A stretch of DNA of 62,629 bases from Candidatus Omnitrophota bacterium (GCA_024231025.1 JAAEQW010000116.1:1-62629); one strand, 5' to 3'; shown: positions 40,315-50,690, counted from the first letter of the stretch. Made by a program: numbers and translations. The notes: generated by a model from the letters alone, not told the origin.

Positions 40315-43300
40315 ATGTTACATAGTGATTTTGTACATCTTCATGTTCACACCCAGTACAGCCTTTTAGATGGTGCTTGTCTTTTGCCCCGGTTAGTCGA
40401 TAAGGCAGCAAAGCTTAAAATGCCGGCGCTTGCGATTACCGATCATGGAAACATATTCGGTGCGATAAAATTCTACAGTCTTTGTGTTAAAAAGGGCATA
40501 AAGCCGATTATCGGCTGTGAATGCTATATGGCATCAGCTTCTCGTTTCAATAAAGAGTTTAGAAGTAATGAAGACACAAATTATCACATCGTACTTTTAG
40601 CTAAAGATGAAGAAGGCTACCATAACTTGATCAAGCTGGTAAGTCTTGGGCATACCGAAGGTTTTTATTATAAACCACGCATTGATAAGGAAATTCTTAC
40701 CAAATACAGTAAAGGATTAATTGGGTTAAGTGCTTGTTTAAAGGGTGAAGTTTCGTCGTTGATTCTTTCCGGTAGCATTGATCGGGCGCAAAAAGCTGCC
40801 GATCAATACTTAAATATTTTTGGAAAAGGTAATTTTTACCTTGAAATAATGGAAAACGCTTTAGATGAGCAAAAAATAGTTAATAAACAATTGCTTAAGA
40901 TATCTAAAGATTTGGATATTCCGCTGGTGGCAACTAATGATATCCATTACTTAGACCAAGAAGATGCATTCGCCCATCAGGCTTTATTAAGTATTCAAAC
41001 TCAAACTACACTTTCTGATCCAAAACGATTTAAATTTACAGGTGACAGTTTTTATTTCAGAACTCCCAAAGAAATGAAGACCATTTTTAACGAAATTCCT
41101 GTGGCGATTAAAAATACTTTAGAGGTAATGCAGAAATGCAATTTGATTTTAGACTTCACCAAAACTCACTTACCGCATTTTCCGATACCTGATAATAGCA
41201 ATGAGAATGATTATTTAAAAAAGTTATGTTTAGAGGGTTTAAAAAAACGTTACGCTATGACAACAGAGGTTATTACAAAGCGTTTGGATTATGAATTGGG
41301 CGTAATCGCAAAAACCGGTTTTGCAAGTTACTTTCTTATTATTTGGGATCTGATTAAGTTTTCCAAAGAGAGTAACATTGCAGTTGGACCAGGAAGAGGG
41401 AGCGCTGCCGGAAGCATTGTTAGTTATCTCCTAGGTATAACCGATATTGACCCATTGCGTTATGATCTTCTTTTTGAACGATTTTTAAATCCTGCGCGTA
41501 TTTCAATGCCTGATATTGATATGGATTTTTGTTATGAGAAGAGATCTCAAGTTTTAGATTATGTTGGCCAGCGTTACGGTAGAGAAAATGTTGCTCAAAT
41601 CATAACTTTTGGAACTATGCTTGCGCGGGCGGTTATACGAGACGTAGGAAGAGTTATGGATTTTAATTACAGTGAAGTTGATAAAATAGCCAAAATGATC
41701 CCTGCGATTCCGGGCCGTACCGTAACTTTAAAAGAGGCGCTTAGTTTAAGTCCTGAGCTTACTGAAATTTATAAGACAGATAATCGGATAAAGCAGTTGA
41801 TTGATGTTGCGGCGCGGTTGGAAGGGCTTTCGCGTCATGCTTCGACTCATGCTGCGGGAGTAGTTATTTCCGATAAACCTTTGATGGATCGAATTCCTTT
41901 AATTCGTGGTGCAGAGAGCGAACTAGTTACCGGTTTTGATATGGATTCACTGGAGAAAAGTGGCATGCTTAAGATGGATTTTTTAGGCCTAAAAACTCTT
42001 ACGGTCATTGAAGAGGCGATAAAGATTATAAAACGAACGAAGAATATTGATCTTGATATTGCAAATATTCCATTGGACGACCAAGTGTCATTTGACCTTC
42101 TGCGCGATGCCGGCACGGTTGGCGTGTTTCAGCTTGAAAGTAGGGGGATGCGTGAAATTCTTAGAAAAATTATTCCAACTAGATTTGAAGATTTAATCGC
42201 GGTTCTTGCTCTGTATCGCCCGGGTCCTTTAGGCAGTGGCATGGTTGATGATTTTATTATGCGCAAACATGGTAAAAAGAAAGTTGAATATCTTCATCCA
42301 AGCTTGGAGGATGTCTTAAAGGGAACATATGGGATAATTCTATATCAAGAGCAGACCATGCAGATTGTGTCTCACTTAGCTGGTTTTGACATGTCTCGAG
42401 CAGATTTACTTCGTAAAGCGATTGGTAAAAAGATTCCTGAAATAATGGAGGAGCAGAGAGGTTTGTTTGTTGAAGGGTGCAGGAAGAATAAAATTCCAGC
42501 AAATATTGCTAATCAGATATTTGATTTAATTGACTATTTTTCGGGGTACGGATTTAATCGGAGCCACAGCGCTGCTTATGCGATGATTTCATACCGAACA
42601 GCTTTTCTTAAGGCTAATTATCCGGTTGAATTTATGGCAGCATTGTTAACCAGTGAGCGCAACAATACCGATAAAGTAGTTGAATACATTAACGAATCGA
42701 GTCGAATGGGAATAAAAGTTTTACCGCCGGATATTAATACAAGCTATACGAATTTTACTGTAACTGAAGATGGTAATATTCGTTTTGGTTTAATGGCGAT
42801 CAAAAATGTTGGCAAAGCTGCTCTTGAGAGCATTATTCAAGTGAGGACGACAGGAGTATTTGATGACTTTTTTTCATTTTGTGATCGAGTTGATTCTCGC
42901 ACAGTAAACAAAAAGGTAGTTGAAAGCCTTATTAAGAGTGGCGCAATGGATAGTTTTGGTTTAAAGCGTGCGCAAATGGCAGCAGTATTGGATAAAATTT
43001 TAGCTAAAAATACGAAAAAAATAGATATTAATCAGATGGTTCTATTTAAGCCGCCAAAAGAAAATATTATCCCCGATGTTGATGAGTGGTCACTGCCTCA
43101 GATTTTGGATTTCGAGAAGAGCCTTTTAGGTATATATGTGACTGCCCACCCTTTATGTGCGTATTCCAACACAGTTAAATATTTTAATCGTTCTCAAATT
43201 GGTTCTTTTTATGAGTCATCAAAAAGTGGAGACGTTCTAATCTGTGGAATTATTGAAAAAATTAAGGCAATAACTACTCGCAAAAGCGGTAAGCGTATGG

Positions 43301-43719
43301 CAATTCTTAAACTTGAGGACGAGAGCGGTAATGTAGAGGTAATTATATTTCCAAAGCTGTACGAAGAGGCATCGTTTATGCTAAGGGAGAAAGCGGTTGT
43401 GATTATTAACGGCAAGCTTGAATCTAAAGAGAAAATTCCTAAAGTATTAGCCTCGCAAATTACCGTTATCGAGCAAGCATATGGCAAAGTGAAAAAAGTT
43501 GATATCTCTATTGAACAGGATAAGTTTCCGTTAGATAAGCTTAAAAAAATATTTGCCATAAACAAAGGCAATATCCCGGTATTTTTTACTTTTAAAAAGT
43601 CAAAATTTCATGGAGTTAAGATAAAAACTGCCCAAAGTTTTCACTTGGCTCTAAACGATAGGGTTTTAGGGGAGATTGGTGCTTTAATCGGTGAAGATAA
43701 TCTATCTTTAACCCTTTAA
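40315..43719 (+). CDS. dnaE: DNA polymerase III alpha subunit
   Basis: PHP domain FVHLHVHTQYSLLDG, the PDIDMDF palm and an OB fold. ATG 40315 is preferred; the track TTG at 40246 lies in repeat A4. Confidence 0.95.
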   Translation: MLHSDFVHLHVHTQYSLLDGACLLPRLVDKAAKLKMPALAITDHGNIFGAIKFYSLCVKKGIKPIIGCECYMASASRFNKEFRSNEDTNYHIVLLAKDEEGYHNLIKLVSLGHTEGFYYKPRIDKEILTKYSKGLIGLSACLKGEVSSLILSGSIDRAQKAADQYLNIFGKGNFYLEIMENALDEQKIVNKQLLKISKDLDIPLVATNDIHYLDQEDAFAHQALLSIQTQTTLSDPKRFKFTGDSFYFRTPKEMKTIFNEIPVAIKNTLEVMQKCNLILDFTKTHLPHFPIPDNSNENDYLKKLCLEGLKKRYAMTTEVITKRLDYELGVIAKTGFASYFLIIWDLIKFSKESNIAVGPGRGSAAGSIVSYLLGITDIDPLRYDLLFERFLNPARISMPDIDMDFCYEKRSQVLDYVGQRYGRENVAQIITFGTMLARAVIRDVGRVMDFNYSEVDKIAKMIPAIPGRTVTLKEALSLSPELTEIYKTDNRIKQLIDVAARLEGLSRHASTHAAGVVISDKPLMDRIPLIRGAESELVTGFDMDSLEKSGMLKMDFLGLKTLTVIEEAIKIIKRTKNIDLDIANIPLDDQVSFDLLRDAGTVGVFQLESRGMREILRKIIPTRFEDLIAVLALYRPGPLGSGMVDDFIMRKHGKKKVEYLHPSLEDVLKGTYGIILYQEQTMQIVSHLAGFDMSRADLLRKAIGKKIPEIMEEQRGLFVEGCRKNKIPANIANQIFDLIDYFSGYGFNRSHSAAYAMISYRTAFLKANYPVEFMAALLTSERNNTDKVVEYINESSRMGIKVLPPDINTSYTNFTVTEDGNIRFGLMAIKNVGKAALESIIQVRTTGVFDDFFSFCDRVDSRTVNKKVVESLIKSGAMDSFGLKRAQMAAVLDKILAKNTKKIDINQMVLFKPPKENIIPDVDEWSLPQILDFEKSLLGIYVTAHPLCAYSNTVKYFNRSQIGSFYESSKSGDVLICGIIEKIKAITTRKSGKRMAILKLEDESGNVEVIIFPKLYEEASFMLREKAVVIINGKLESKEKIPKVLASQITVIEQAYGKVKKVDISIEQDKFPLDKLKKIFAINKGNIPVFFTFKKSKFHGVKIKTAQSFHLALNDRVLGEIGALIGEDNLSLTL

Positions 43720-43748
43720 TACGACGAGAGTTATATAAAAACTTGCCC

Positions 43749-43777
43749 TTGACACGTTAATTTTACAGTGATAGACT
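43749..43777 (+). promoter_or_regulatory. Sigma70-like promoter predicting a leaderless HU-family mRNA
   Basis: TTGACA (43749-54), 17 nt, TAGACT (43772-77). The ATG at 43784 is 7 nt after the -10 element and there is no SD. Confidence 0.5.
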
Positions 43778-43783
43778 AAAAAT

Positions 43784-44056
43784 ATGAGAAAACGAGGCAT
43801 TGTTTTAAAAATCAGCCAAGAGACAGGGATAAAGCAGGTAGTGGTGAAAGACGTTGTGCAGCGTACTTTTAATACCATTTTACAGGCTCTAGTGGATGGT
43901 GACCGCATTGAACTTCGAAATTTTGGAGTCTTCCAGGTCAAGAAACGGAAACGCAGAATTGGCCGGAATCCAAAGACCGGAGAAGTCGTTCCTGTTCCAG
44001 AGAGGCGTACGGTGGTGTTTAAGCAGGGCCTGGAAATGAAAAAGCTTATAAAGTAA
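43784..44056 (+). CDS. HU/IHF-family DNA-binding protein
   Basis: NFGVFQVKKRKRRIGRNPKTGEVVPVPERRTVVFK beta-arm motif; 90 aa. Confidence 0.88.
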   Translation: MRKRGIVLKISQETGIKQVVVKDVVQRTFNTILQALVDGDRIELRNFGVFQVKKRKRRIGRNPKTGEVVPVPERRTVVFKQGLEMKKLIK

Positions 44057-44131
44057 TCCCTCTTTAAGGTGAATCCCGTCAATTTTTTCTACCCAATGGG
44101 AAAACAATATTAATCAGGGAGATTTTGTAAG

Positions 44132-45376
44132 GTGAGTAAAAAATACCGTAGTATTCGAGGGACTGCTGATTTTGATTCCCATCAAGCGTATGCTTTTAAT
44201 CGAGTCGTAGAGATCGCACGCCAATCTTTTAAGAATTATTCCTTTGATGAAATTATTTTACCTTTTCTTGAAGAAGAGGGTTTATTTGTAAGAGGTGTTG
44301 GGCAAAATAGTGACATTGCTGAAAAGCAGTTGTTTAGGATTCAAGATAAAGACGGCGTTGTTCTTCGTCCTGAAGGAACTGCCCAAGTTGTAAGATATTT
44401 TCTGGAAAATTCATTATTCAATCATGGAGATTTTTTTAAATTTTCTTATATTGGTGCGATGTTTCGCGGCGAGCGTCCGCAAAAAGGGCGGCTTCGTCAG
44501 TTTCATCATCTTGGAGCAGAGGCTATTGGTTCAGACAATCCTGCCTTAGATGCGCAAATAATTATTCTAGCGTTAGACATTTTAGATGCAGTTGGTGTTA
44601 AAGAGAAAGAGCTTTTAATCAATACATTGGGGTGTGACAAAGATAAAGAAATTTTTTCCAAAGAGCTGGTTAAAAAACTGGATAGTAAAAAAAATAATCT
44701 CTGTGAGGACTGTAAGCGTCGGCTCGGCAAAAATCCATTGCGAGTTATTGATTGCAAAAATAAAGAGTGTAAAAAAACGGTAACTTCACTAAACATAGGC
44801 GAAGGTAGGCTATGCTCTAATTGCCAGACACATTTTGATGAGGTGCTCGGTGTATTAGATATGCTCAAAATAAAATACACGCATGCACCTTATTTAGTGC
44901 GAGGCCTTGATTATTACACAAATACTGTTTTTGAAATTACATCATCGGCTTTAGGCTCGCAAGATGCGATTGGGGCCGGTGGTCGCTATAACAATCTGAT
45001 TAAAAATCTAGGCGGGCCGGATATTCCTGCGATTGGATTTGCTTTGGGAATAGAGAGAATTCTTATTGCCCTAGGCGAAAGCGGCGAAAAAGAAAGACTA
45101 AAAGCGTACGTTGCTGTTGCTGATAATTCTTTAAGAGGTGATGCTTTAAAAATGGTTAATGAGTTAAGAGGTGAGGGCATATCTTGTGATACGGATTATT
45201 GTTTGAAGTCTCTAAAAGGGCAATTAAGAGCTGCTGTTAAGAGGCGTGCAAGATTTGTTGTAATATTTGGTGAAGAAGAGCATAAAAAAGGGTGTGTTTT
45301 ATTGAAAGATATGGATAAATCAATACAGAGTGAAATAAAAACAAAAGACTTAATCAACGAGGTGAAAAATGCTTAG
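44132..45376 (+). CDS. hisS: Histidine--tRNA ligase
   Basis: Class II motifs (LRPEGTAQVVR, FRGERPQKGRLRQFHH, GGRYNNL). GTG start. Confidence 0.92.
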   Translation: MSKKYRSIRGTADFDSHQAYAFNRVVEIARQSFKNYSFDEIILPFLEEEGLFVRGVGQNSDIAEKQLFRIQDKDGVVLRPEGTAQVVRYFLENSLFNHGDFFKFSYIGAMFRGERPQKGRLRQFHHLGAEAIGSDNPALDAQIIILALDILDAVGVKEKELLINTLGCDKDKEIFSKELVKKLDSKKNNLCEDCKRRLGKNPLRVIDCKNKECKKTVTSLNIGEGRLCSNCQTHFDEVLGVLDMLKIKYTHAPYLVRGLDYYTNTVFEITSSALGSQDAIGAGGRYNNLIKNLGGPDIPAIGFALGIERILIALGESGEKERLKAYVAVADNSLRGDALKMVNELRGEGISCDTDYCLKSLKGQLRAAVKRRARFVVIFGEEEHKKGCVLLKDMDKSIQSEIKTKDLINEVKNA

Positions 45377-46760
45377 AACGCACACATGTGGAGAACTGAA
45401 TAAGGATTGTATTGGCAAGGAAGTTACCCTGTGCGGTTGGGTTGATTCTCGCCGTGACCACGGAAAACTGATTTTTATTGATTTAAGAGACCGCTATGGG
45501 AAAACCCAAATAGTCTTTTTGCCAAAACCAAAAGAGTTAAATGAGCAAGCCAAAAGATTAAGAAGTGAAACGGTTGTGAAAATTGTTGGCGAAGTTAATG
45601 AACGGCCCAAAGGTACGGTTAATGAAAATATATCAACTGGTTATGTTGAATTGTTAGCCAAAGAAATTGAAATATTAAATCAAAGTGAAGAGCTGCCATT
45701 TGCAATTGAGGATGACGTAGAAGCTGGCGAAGAGGTAAGGCTTACTCATCGTTATCTTGATTTAAGAAGAAAAATTATGAAGGATAAAATAATTATGCGT
45801 CATAATTTCAATCAGGCTTTTCGTTCTTTTTTAAATGGTGTTGGTTTTTTAGAAATTGAAACGCCTTATCTTTCAAAGTCAACTCCAGAAGGTGCGCGTG
45901 ACTATTTGGTTCCTTCGCGCCTTAATCCAAATAAATTTTATGCACTTCCGCAATCACCACAAATATTGAAACAGCTTCTAATGGTTTCTGGATTCGACAA
46001 ATATTATCAAATTGTGCGGTGTTTTCGTGATGAAGATTTAAGAAAAGATCGTCAACCCGAATTTACTCAACTTGACTTAGAGATGTCTTTTATTGAGCAG
46101 GAAGACATATTTCGTCTTATGGAGGAGATGATCGCCAAGTCTTTTAAGGATGTTTTGGGGGTGGAACTAAAAACACCGTTTCCGAGAATGCTTCATAGCG
46201 AGGCTAAAGAAAAATATAATAGCGATAAACCGGATATAAGAGAAGACGGCAATCCTTTTGCATTTTTATGGGTTGTTGATTTTCCTCTATTTGAATATAA
46301 TGATGATAATCAAAGATGGCAGTCTTGTCACCACCCGTTTACTTGCCCGCATCCAGATGATTTAGAGTTTTTGGAAAAAGGAGAATTGGAAAAAGTTCGG
46401 TCTTGTTCTTACGATTTAGTTTTTAACGGTGAAGAAATAGGCAGTGGTTCGATAAGAATCCACTCAACTGAATTACAGTCAAAGATTTTTCAAACTTTAG
46501 GTATTTCCGAAAAAGAAGCCCAGGAAAAATTTGGATTTTTATTGCGTGCCTTTAAGTATGGGGCACCCCCTCATGGAGGAATTGCGTTAGGTTTGGATCG
46601 GCTGTATACTATAGTGAGCGGTTCAGCAAGCATTAGAGAGGTTATTGCTTTTCCTAAGACTCAAAAAGGCATTTGCCCTTTGAGTGAAGCTCCATCAACC
46701 GTTAGCGCTAATCAGCTCAAAGAGCTATTTTTAGACCTAGTAGAAAAGGAAGAGACTTAA
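45369..46760 (+). CDS. aspS: Aspartate--tRNA ligase, bacterial-type core lacking the GAD insertion
   Basis: OB fold, FRDEDLRKDRQPEFTQLD, HHPFT and GGIALGLDR motifs. SDKPDIREDGNPFAFLWVVDFP joins directly where bacterial enzymes carry about 130 aa. Confidence 0.9.
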   Translation: MLRTHTCGELNKDCIGKEVTLCGWVDSRRDHGKLIFIDLRDRYGKTQIVFLPKPKELNEQAKRLRSETVVKIVGEVNERPKGTVNENISTGYVELLAKEIEILNQSEELPFAIEDDVEAGEEVRLTHRYLDLRRKIMKDKIIMRHNFNQAFRSFLNGVGFLEIETPYLSKSTPEGARDYLVPSRLNPNKFYALPQSPQILKQLLMVSGFDKYYQIVRCFRDEDLRKDRQPEFTQLDLEMSFIEQEDIFRLMEEMIAKSFKDVLGVELKTPFPRMLHSEAKEKYNSDKPDIREDGNPFAFLWVVDFPLFEYNDDNQRWQSCHHPFTCPHPDDLEFLEKGELEKVRSCSYDLVFNGEEIGSGSIRIHSTELQSKIFQTLGISEKEAQEKFGFLLRAFKYGAPPHGGIALGLDRLYTIVSGSASIREVIAFPKTQKGICPLSEAPSTVSANQLKELFLDLVEKEET

Positions 46761-46776
46761 TAAGGGGAGGGTTGTT

Positions 46777-46980
46777 ATGGAAACGGTACCTCATAAGAAA
46801 GTTAAGGTTTTTAAGATGAAGAATCGTAAAGGGTACGGGTGTATTTGTTTGGACAATCTAACCGAAGGTAAAACCCCTTTACAAGCATGCGATAGAATGG
46901 TAAAAGCTTTAAGAAGGGGCGGTTACCAACTTAAAGAAATAGATGTAATTATGGCTAAAAAATTAGTAGTAAGTGTATAA
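46777..46980 (+). CDS. Small hypothetical protein (67 aa)
   Basis: ATG preceded by GGGGAGGG; tightly packed between aspS and the LysM gene. No recognisable motif. Confidence 0.45.
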   Translation: METVPHKKVKVFKMKNRKGYGCICLDNLTEGKTPLQACDRMVKALRRGGYQLKEIDVIMAKKLVVSV

Positions 46981-46990
46981 GGAGGGAAAA

Positions 46991-47479
46991 ATGAAAAAAC
47001 TATTATTGTTGCTGGCGGTTGTTTTTTTAAGTGGATGCTTAACAAGAACCTACGTTACCGAACAACCCCGTATTGATTTAGACATTGAAGGAAACCAGGG
47101 TTATATTTCCGGAAATCCTCCAGAAATCCAACGCCAATATCGGTTGGGTAAAACTCGCAAAGTGGCGGTGTGGGAAATAGAACTTGGCGGGCATGGTCCG
47201 CGCAAAAAGGCAGAAGTAGAAGAACCCGCTATAGATGAATACATCGAAGAGGACAGTTCATATGATGATTATGAGGATGAAGACGTCAGTATTTCAACTT
47301 CAGAAAACGAAATAACCGAGTATACTGTGCAGAAAAACGATACATTGCAAAAAATTTCGGATAAATTTTATGGAACAACAAAAAAATGGATGTTTCTTTA
47401 CGAATCTAACAAGCATGTATTGGCTAGTCCGAATAAAGTGTATCCGGGAATAGTGTTGGAAATTCCTGAGTTAGAGTAA
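46991..47479 (+). CDS. LysM-domain lipoprotein
   Basis: ATG after AAGGAGGG. Lipobox FLSGC. Acidic linker. C-terminal LysM (YTVQKNDTLQKISDKFYG...VYPGIVLEIP). Confidence 0.8.
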   Translation: MKKLLLLLAVVFLSGCLTRTYVTEQPRIDLDIEGNQGYISGNPPEIQRQYRLGKTRKVAVWEIELGGHGPRKKAEVEEPAIDEYIEEDSSYDDYEDEDVSISTSENEITEYTVQKNDTLQKISDKFYGTTKKWMFLYESNKHVLASPNKVYPGIVLEIPELE

Positions 47480-47486
47480 TTTTTTT

Positions 47487-48938
47487 ATGAAAATTTTTGC
47501 AAAGAAAAAAGAGTATGAAATAATTCCTTTCATTGTTCCGGTATTATTTTTTATTTTTGCCGTAATGATGTTTTTGGTTTTTCATGATACACCAACTAAT
47601 CTTGCGCCATTGCTTTCGGTGGTGATTCTTTTTATTTACGCTAAAGTTTTCAAAAAAGTCGGTAATCTACCTTCCTATATTGATTTATTGCTCTTGCTTG
47701 GCATTGTGATTGTTGTTTTCTTTTTCATATCGTTTATTCCATCAAGAATCATTGGATTCGTTGGTTTTATGCCCAATACGGTTAAGGTTTTTGTTTTCGG
47801 CATTTCAACTATTGGTTTTGTAATGCTGATTACCCTTCTTTTTGATAGCCTTGAGTTATCACTACTTTTTTCAATATTTATTGCACAACTTGTAACCGCA
47901 ATTGAGGGGGCAAGCCTTAATATCGGCACTTCTTTGTTTTGTGTTTCTCTAGCCTCAGCAATGCTTAGTTATCGATTACGTGGCCGTTCGCAAGTTGTAA
48001 AAGCAGTTTTTTTCTCGGTTCTTGTATTCTTTTTTGCCTATCTGCTAGAAAGTATGGATGGGCTTTTGATGATGGCTCCGATTAATTTAGAGTTTTTGCA
48101 ATTTACCTTATTGGCCGGAGTTATCGCATCGCTTATGATGATGATCGCGCTTCCGGTTATAGTTACTGGTCTTCTGTATTTGTTTGAATATATTTTTAAA
48201 GTTGTTACTAATATATCGTTGTTGGAGTTGTCTGATTTCAACCACCCTATTTTAAGGAGACTGATATTAGAAGCTCCGGGTACCTATCAGCATTCTTTGG
48301 TTGTTGCTAATTTAAGCGAGGCAGCAAGTGAAGCAATTGGAACCAACTCACTATTGGCAAGAGTTGGGGCGTATTATCATGATATTGGTAAACTTGTTAA
48401 GCCGGATTATTTTGTTGAAAACCAAATTTTGCATCGTGATGCGCACAAAACCCTTAAGCCGTCAATGAGCAAGCTTATCATTTTAAACCACGTTAAAGAA
48501 GGCGTTGAGCTTGCCAAAAAGAAACACCTTAATCCTAGAATAATTGATTTTATTACTCAGCATCATGGTCGAACGCTTATTTATTATTTTTATAAAATGG
48601 CAAAAGAGCTAGAGCCTGATGGTGAACATGAAGAAGAATATCGCTACCCCGGCCCTAAGCCTCAAACTAAAGAAATTGCTATTGTGTCTTTGGCTGATAC
48701 GATTGAGGCTGTATCGCGCACATTAGAAGATCCGACACCGGCTCGCATTGAAGAACTCGTTCGAGAAGTTGTGCGTAAACGTTTTATGGAAGGAGAGCTT
48801 GACGAAACTAATCTTACTTTAAAAGAAGTGGAATATATAACGCAAAGTTTTATTCGCGTACTTAATGCAGTTTTTCATACCCGCATCAACTATCCAAAAG
48901 ATGAACCCCGTAAAAACAATGAGAAAAGGAATGGGTAA
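47487..48938 (+). CDS. 7TM-HD membrane phosphohydrolase (HDIG domain; YqfF/PgpH-like)
   Basis: Multi-TM N-terminal half, HSLVVANL...YHDIGK...QHHG HD domain, and conserved position upstream of ybeY. Confidence 0.8.
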   Translation: MKIFAKKKEYEIIPFIVPVLFFIFAVMMFLVFHDTPTNLAPLLSVVILFIYAKVFKKVGNLPSYIDLLLLLGIVIVVFFFISFIPSRIIGFVGFMPNTVKVFVFGISTIGFVMLITLLFDSLELSLLFSIFIAQLVTAIEGASLNIGTSLFCVSLASAMLSYRLRGRSQVVKAVFFSVLVFFFAYLLESMDGLLMMAPINLEFLQFTLLAGVIASLMMMIALPVIVTGLLYLFEYIFKVVTNISLLELSDFNHPILRRLILEAPGTYQHSLVVANLSEAASEAIGTNSLLARVGAYYHDIGKLVKPDYFVENQILHRDAHKTLKPSMSKLIILNHVKEGVELAKKKHLNPRIIDFITQHHGRTLIYYFYKMAKELEPDGEHEEEYRYPGPKPQTKEIAIVSLADTIEAVSRTLEDPTPARIEELVREVVRKRFMEGELDETNLTLKEVEYITQSFIRVLNAVFHTRINYPKDEPRKNNEKRNG

Positions 48939-48979
48939 TTTGTTTTATCGGGGTAAGCTCTGTAAAAACAAATAGAAAA

Positions 48980-49408
48980 ATGACAGTCAAAACACCGATA
49001 GTTGAGATAGTTAATGCTCAAAAACTCAAAAAACTTAATCTTAAAAAAATAAAGGGATATTTATCAAAAATTTTTAAGATTCTTGGCATATCTAAGCAAG
49101 TATCCATTCTTTTTTGTGATAACCGCCGGATACGTAATTTAAATAGAAAGTATTTTAAAGTTAACTGTGCAACTGATGTTATAGCCTTTCCGTTAGAGGA
49201 GGATGATTATCTTGGCGAGGTGATTATATCTGTGGAGAAGGCCGCAAAGAGTTGCGCGAAGTATTCAAATACCTGGGAAAAAGAACTAACGCTGTATCTC
49301 GTTCACGGGGTGTTGCACTTGGTGGGATATAACGATATTAAAAATTCTGATAAGGTGAAAATGCAATCCAAAGAGTGTGAAATAATGAAGGTATTGTATG
49401 ACAGCTAG
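48980..49408 (+). CDS. ybeY: rRNA maturation endoribonuclease YbeY
   Basis: HGVLHLVGYND zinc motif; 142 aa. Confidence 0.9.
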   Translation: MTVKTPIVEIVNAQKLKKLNLKKIKGYLSKIFKILGISKQVSILFCDNRRIRNLNRKYFKVNCATDVIAFPLEEDDYLGEVIISVEKAAKSCAKYSNTWEKELTLYLVHGVLHLVGYNDIKNSDKVKMQSKECEIMKVLYDS

Positions 49409-50171
49409 AGTTGAAAAAGATCTAGGCTTTGTTTTGCGTAAGTATAATCTGCGTGAGACAACGATCATTTCTACAATTTATACCAAAAGATTTGGCAAAA
49501 TAAAAGGAATTCTAAAGGGATTTCATACTCAAAAAAAAGAATTTGCGACATCAATGGATACGCTTACCCTTAATGAATTTCTTTTTTATCCAAAAAGAAG
49601 AGAGATTTGGCTTATTTCTTTTGCTGATCTTATAGAGGGTTATTCTTTTATCAGAAAAGATTTGGCCCGTGCGCAATCTGCGGCTGTTTTTGTTCATTTA
49701 CTTGATAAGATTTTGCCGATTTGGGATAGTAATGCGGCTGTTTTTGATTTGATTAAGGAGTGTCTTTATTATTTGGAAACTGAAGATGAGAGTAAAGTGC
49801 TTTATGTGTTTTTGATAAAGCTGCTAACGTTTTCCGGTTTTAAACCGGAATTTGACCGCTGCTTGCGCTGTCATTCCAATTTAGGAGCAAAGATTTTTTT
49901 TAGTGCTTCTCGAGGAGGGCTTTTGTGCAGCAATTGCTGTGTGGCGGTTTCTGATGTTCAGTCAATAAGCAGGGAAGTTTCCTCAACGATCCTTTATATC
50001 CAGAATAACGATTTTCCCCATGTTTTAAGGGTAAAACCAACCAAATATTGCGAAAGAAACATTCTGTATATTCTACGGGAGTTTATTTTTTACCATTTGG
50101 ATTTTGATATCACTCGCAATAATTATCGGGACACAATGCTTAATTATCGAAAGGCAGAGGCAAGGAATTGA
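49398..50171 (+). CDS. recO: DNA repair protein RecO
   Basis: OB-fold N-terminus, CxxC...CxxC zinc module (CLRCHS...CSNCC), and the ybeY-recO context. Confidence 0.8.
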   Translation: MTARVEKDLGFVLRKYNLRETTIISTIYTKRFGKIKGILKGFHTQKKEFATSMDTLTLNEFLFYPKRREIWLISFADLIEGYSFIRKDLARAQSAAVFVHLLDKILPIWDSNAAVFDLIKECLYYLETEDESKVLYVFLIKLLTFSGFKPEFDRCLRCHSNLGAKIFFSASRGGLLCSNCCVAVSDVQSISREVSSTILYIQNNDFPHVLRVKPTKYCERNILYILREFIFYHLDFDITRNNYRDTMLNYRKAEARN

Positions 50172-50195
50172 GTATTTTTCCCCATAATTATTCAC

Positions 50196-50224
50196 TTGAT
50201 GTTTTAACAGCAGTCAACTATAAT
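50196..50224 (+). promoter_or_regulatory. Sigma70-like promoter predicting a near-leaderless queF mRNA
   Basis: TTGATG (50196-201), 17 nt, TATAAT (50219-24). ATG at 50233; no SD. Confidence 0.5.
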
Positions 50225-50232
50225 AATCGGAT

Positions 50233-50676
50233 ATGATTTATAGTAATCGAGAAATTGACCCCTTAGAGAAAAAAGCCAAAAAAACAACAGGTAAGCTTTA
50301 TGATCCTTGTGATATTGATCAGGGAATATTGCAGACTATTGCCTATAAATACCCTAAGCGTAAAATTACCGTAGAGTTAAATAGTAATGAGTTTACTTGT
50401 GTTTGTCCCTTTTCCGGCTTGCCCGACTTTGCCAATCTTACAATAAGATATACGCCACGAGAAAAACTTATCGAGACAAAATCCCTTAAATACTATCTTT
50501 ATGCGTTTCGTAATGTGAGAATTTATAATGAGCATGTGGTTAATAAAATTTTAGAGGATTTAGTTAAAGTTTTAAAGCCGCATAACTTTGAGGTAGTTGC
50601 TCACTTTACAACACGGGGTGGAGTTGAAAGCAAAGTCACCGCTAATTATAAGAACTCCCAGGAACGCAATGCTTAG
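50233..50676 (+). CDS. queF: NADPH-dependent 7-cyano-7-deazaguanine reductase (type I)
   Basis: EFTCVCPFSGLPDFA catalytic Cys motif and E(S/T)KSLK motif. Confidence 0.9.
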   Translation: MIYSNREIDPLEKKAKKTTGKLYDPCDIDQGILQTIAYKYPKRKITVELNSNEFTCVCPFSGLPDFANLTIRYTPREKLIETKSLKYYLYAFRNVRIYNEHVVNKILEDLVKVLKPHNFEVVAHFTTRGGVESKVTANYKNSQERNA

Positions 50677-50690
50677 TCATAAGTCGTAAG

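Noticed and set aside
44680-44830. Cys-rich insertion in HisRS (CEDCKRRLGKNPLRVIDCKNKECKK...CSNCQTHF) as a novelty.
   Set aside because: As far as I recall, this C..C...NPLR.LDCK...C...C..C..HF region is a common feature of many bacterial HisRS insertion domains, so it is not unusual.
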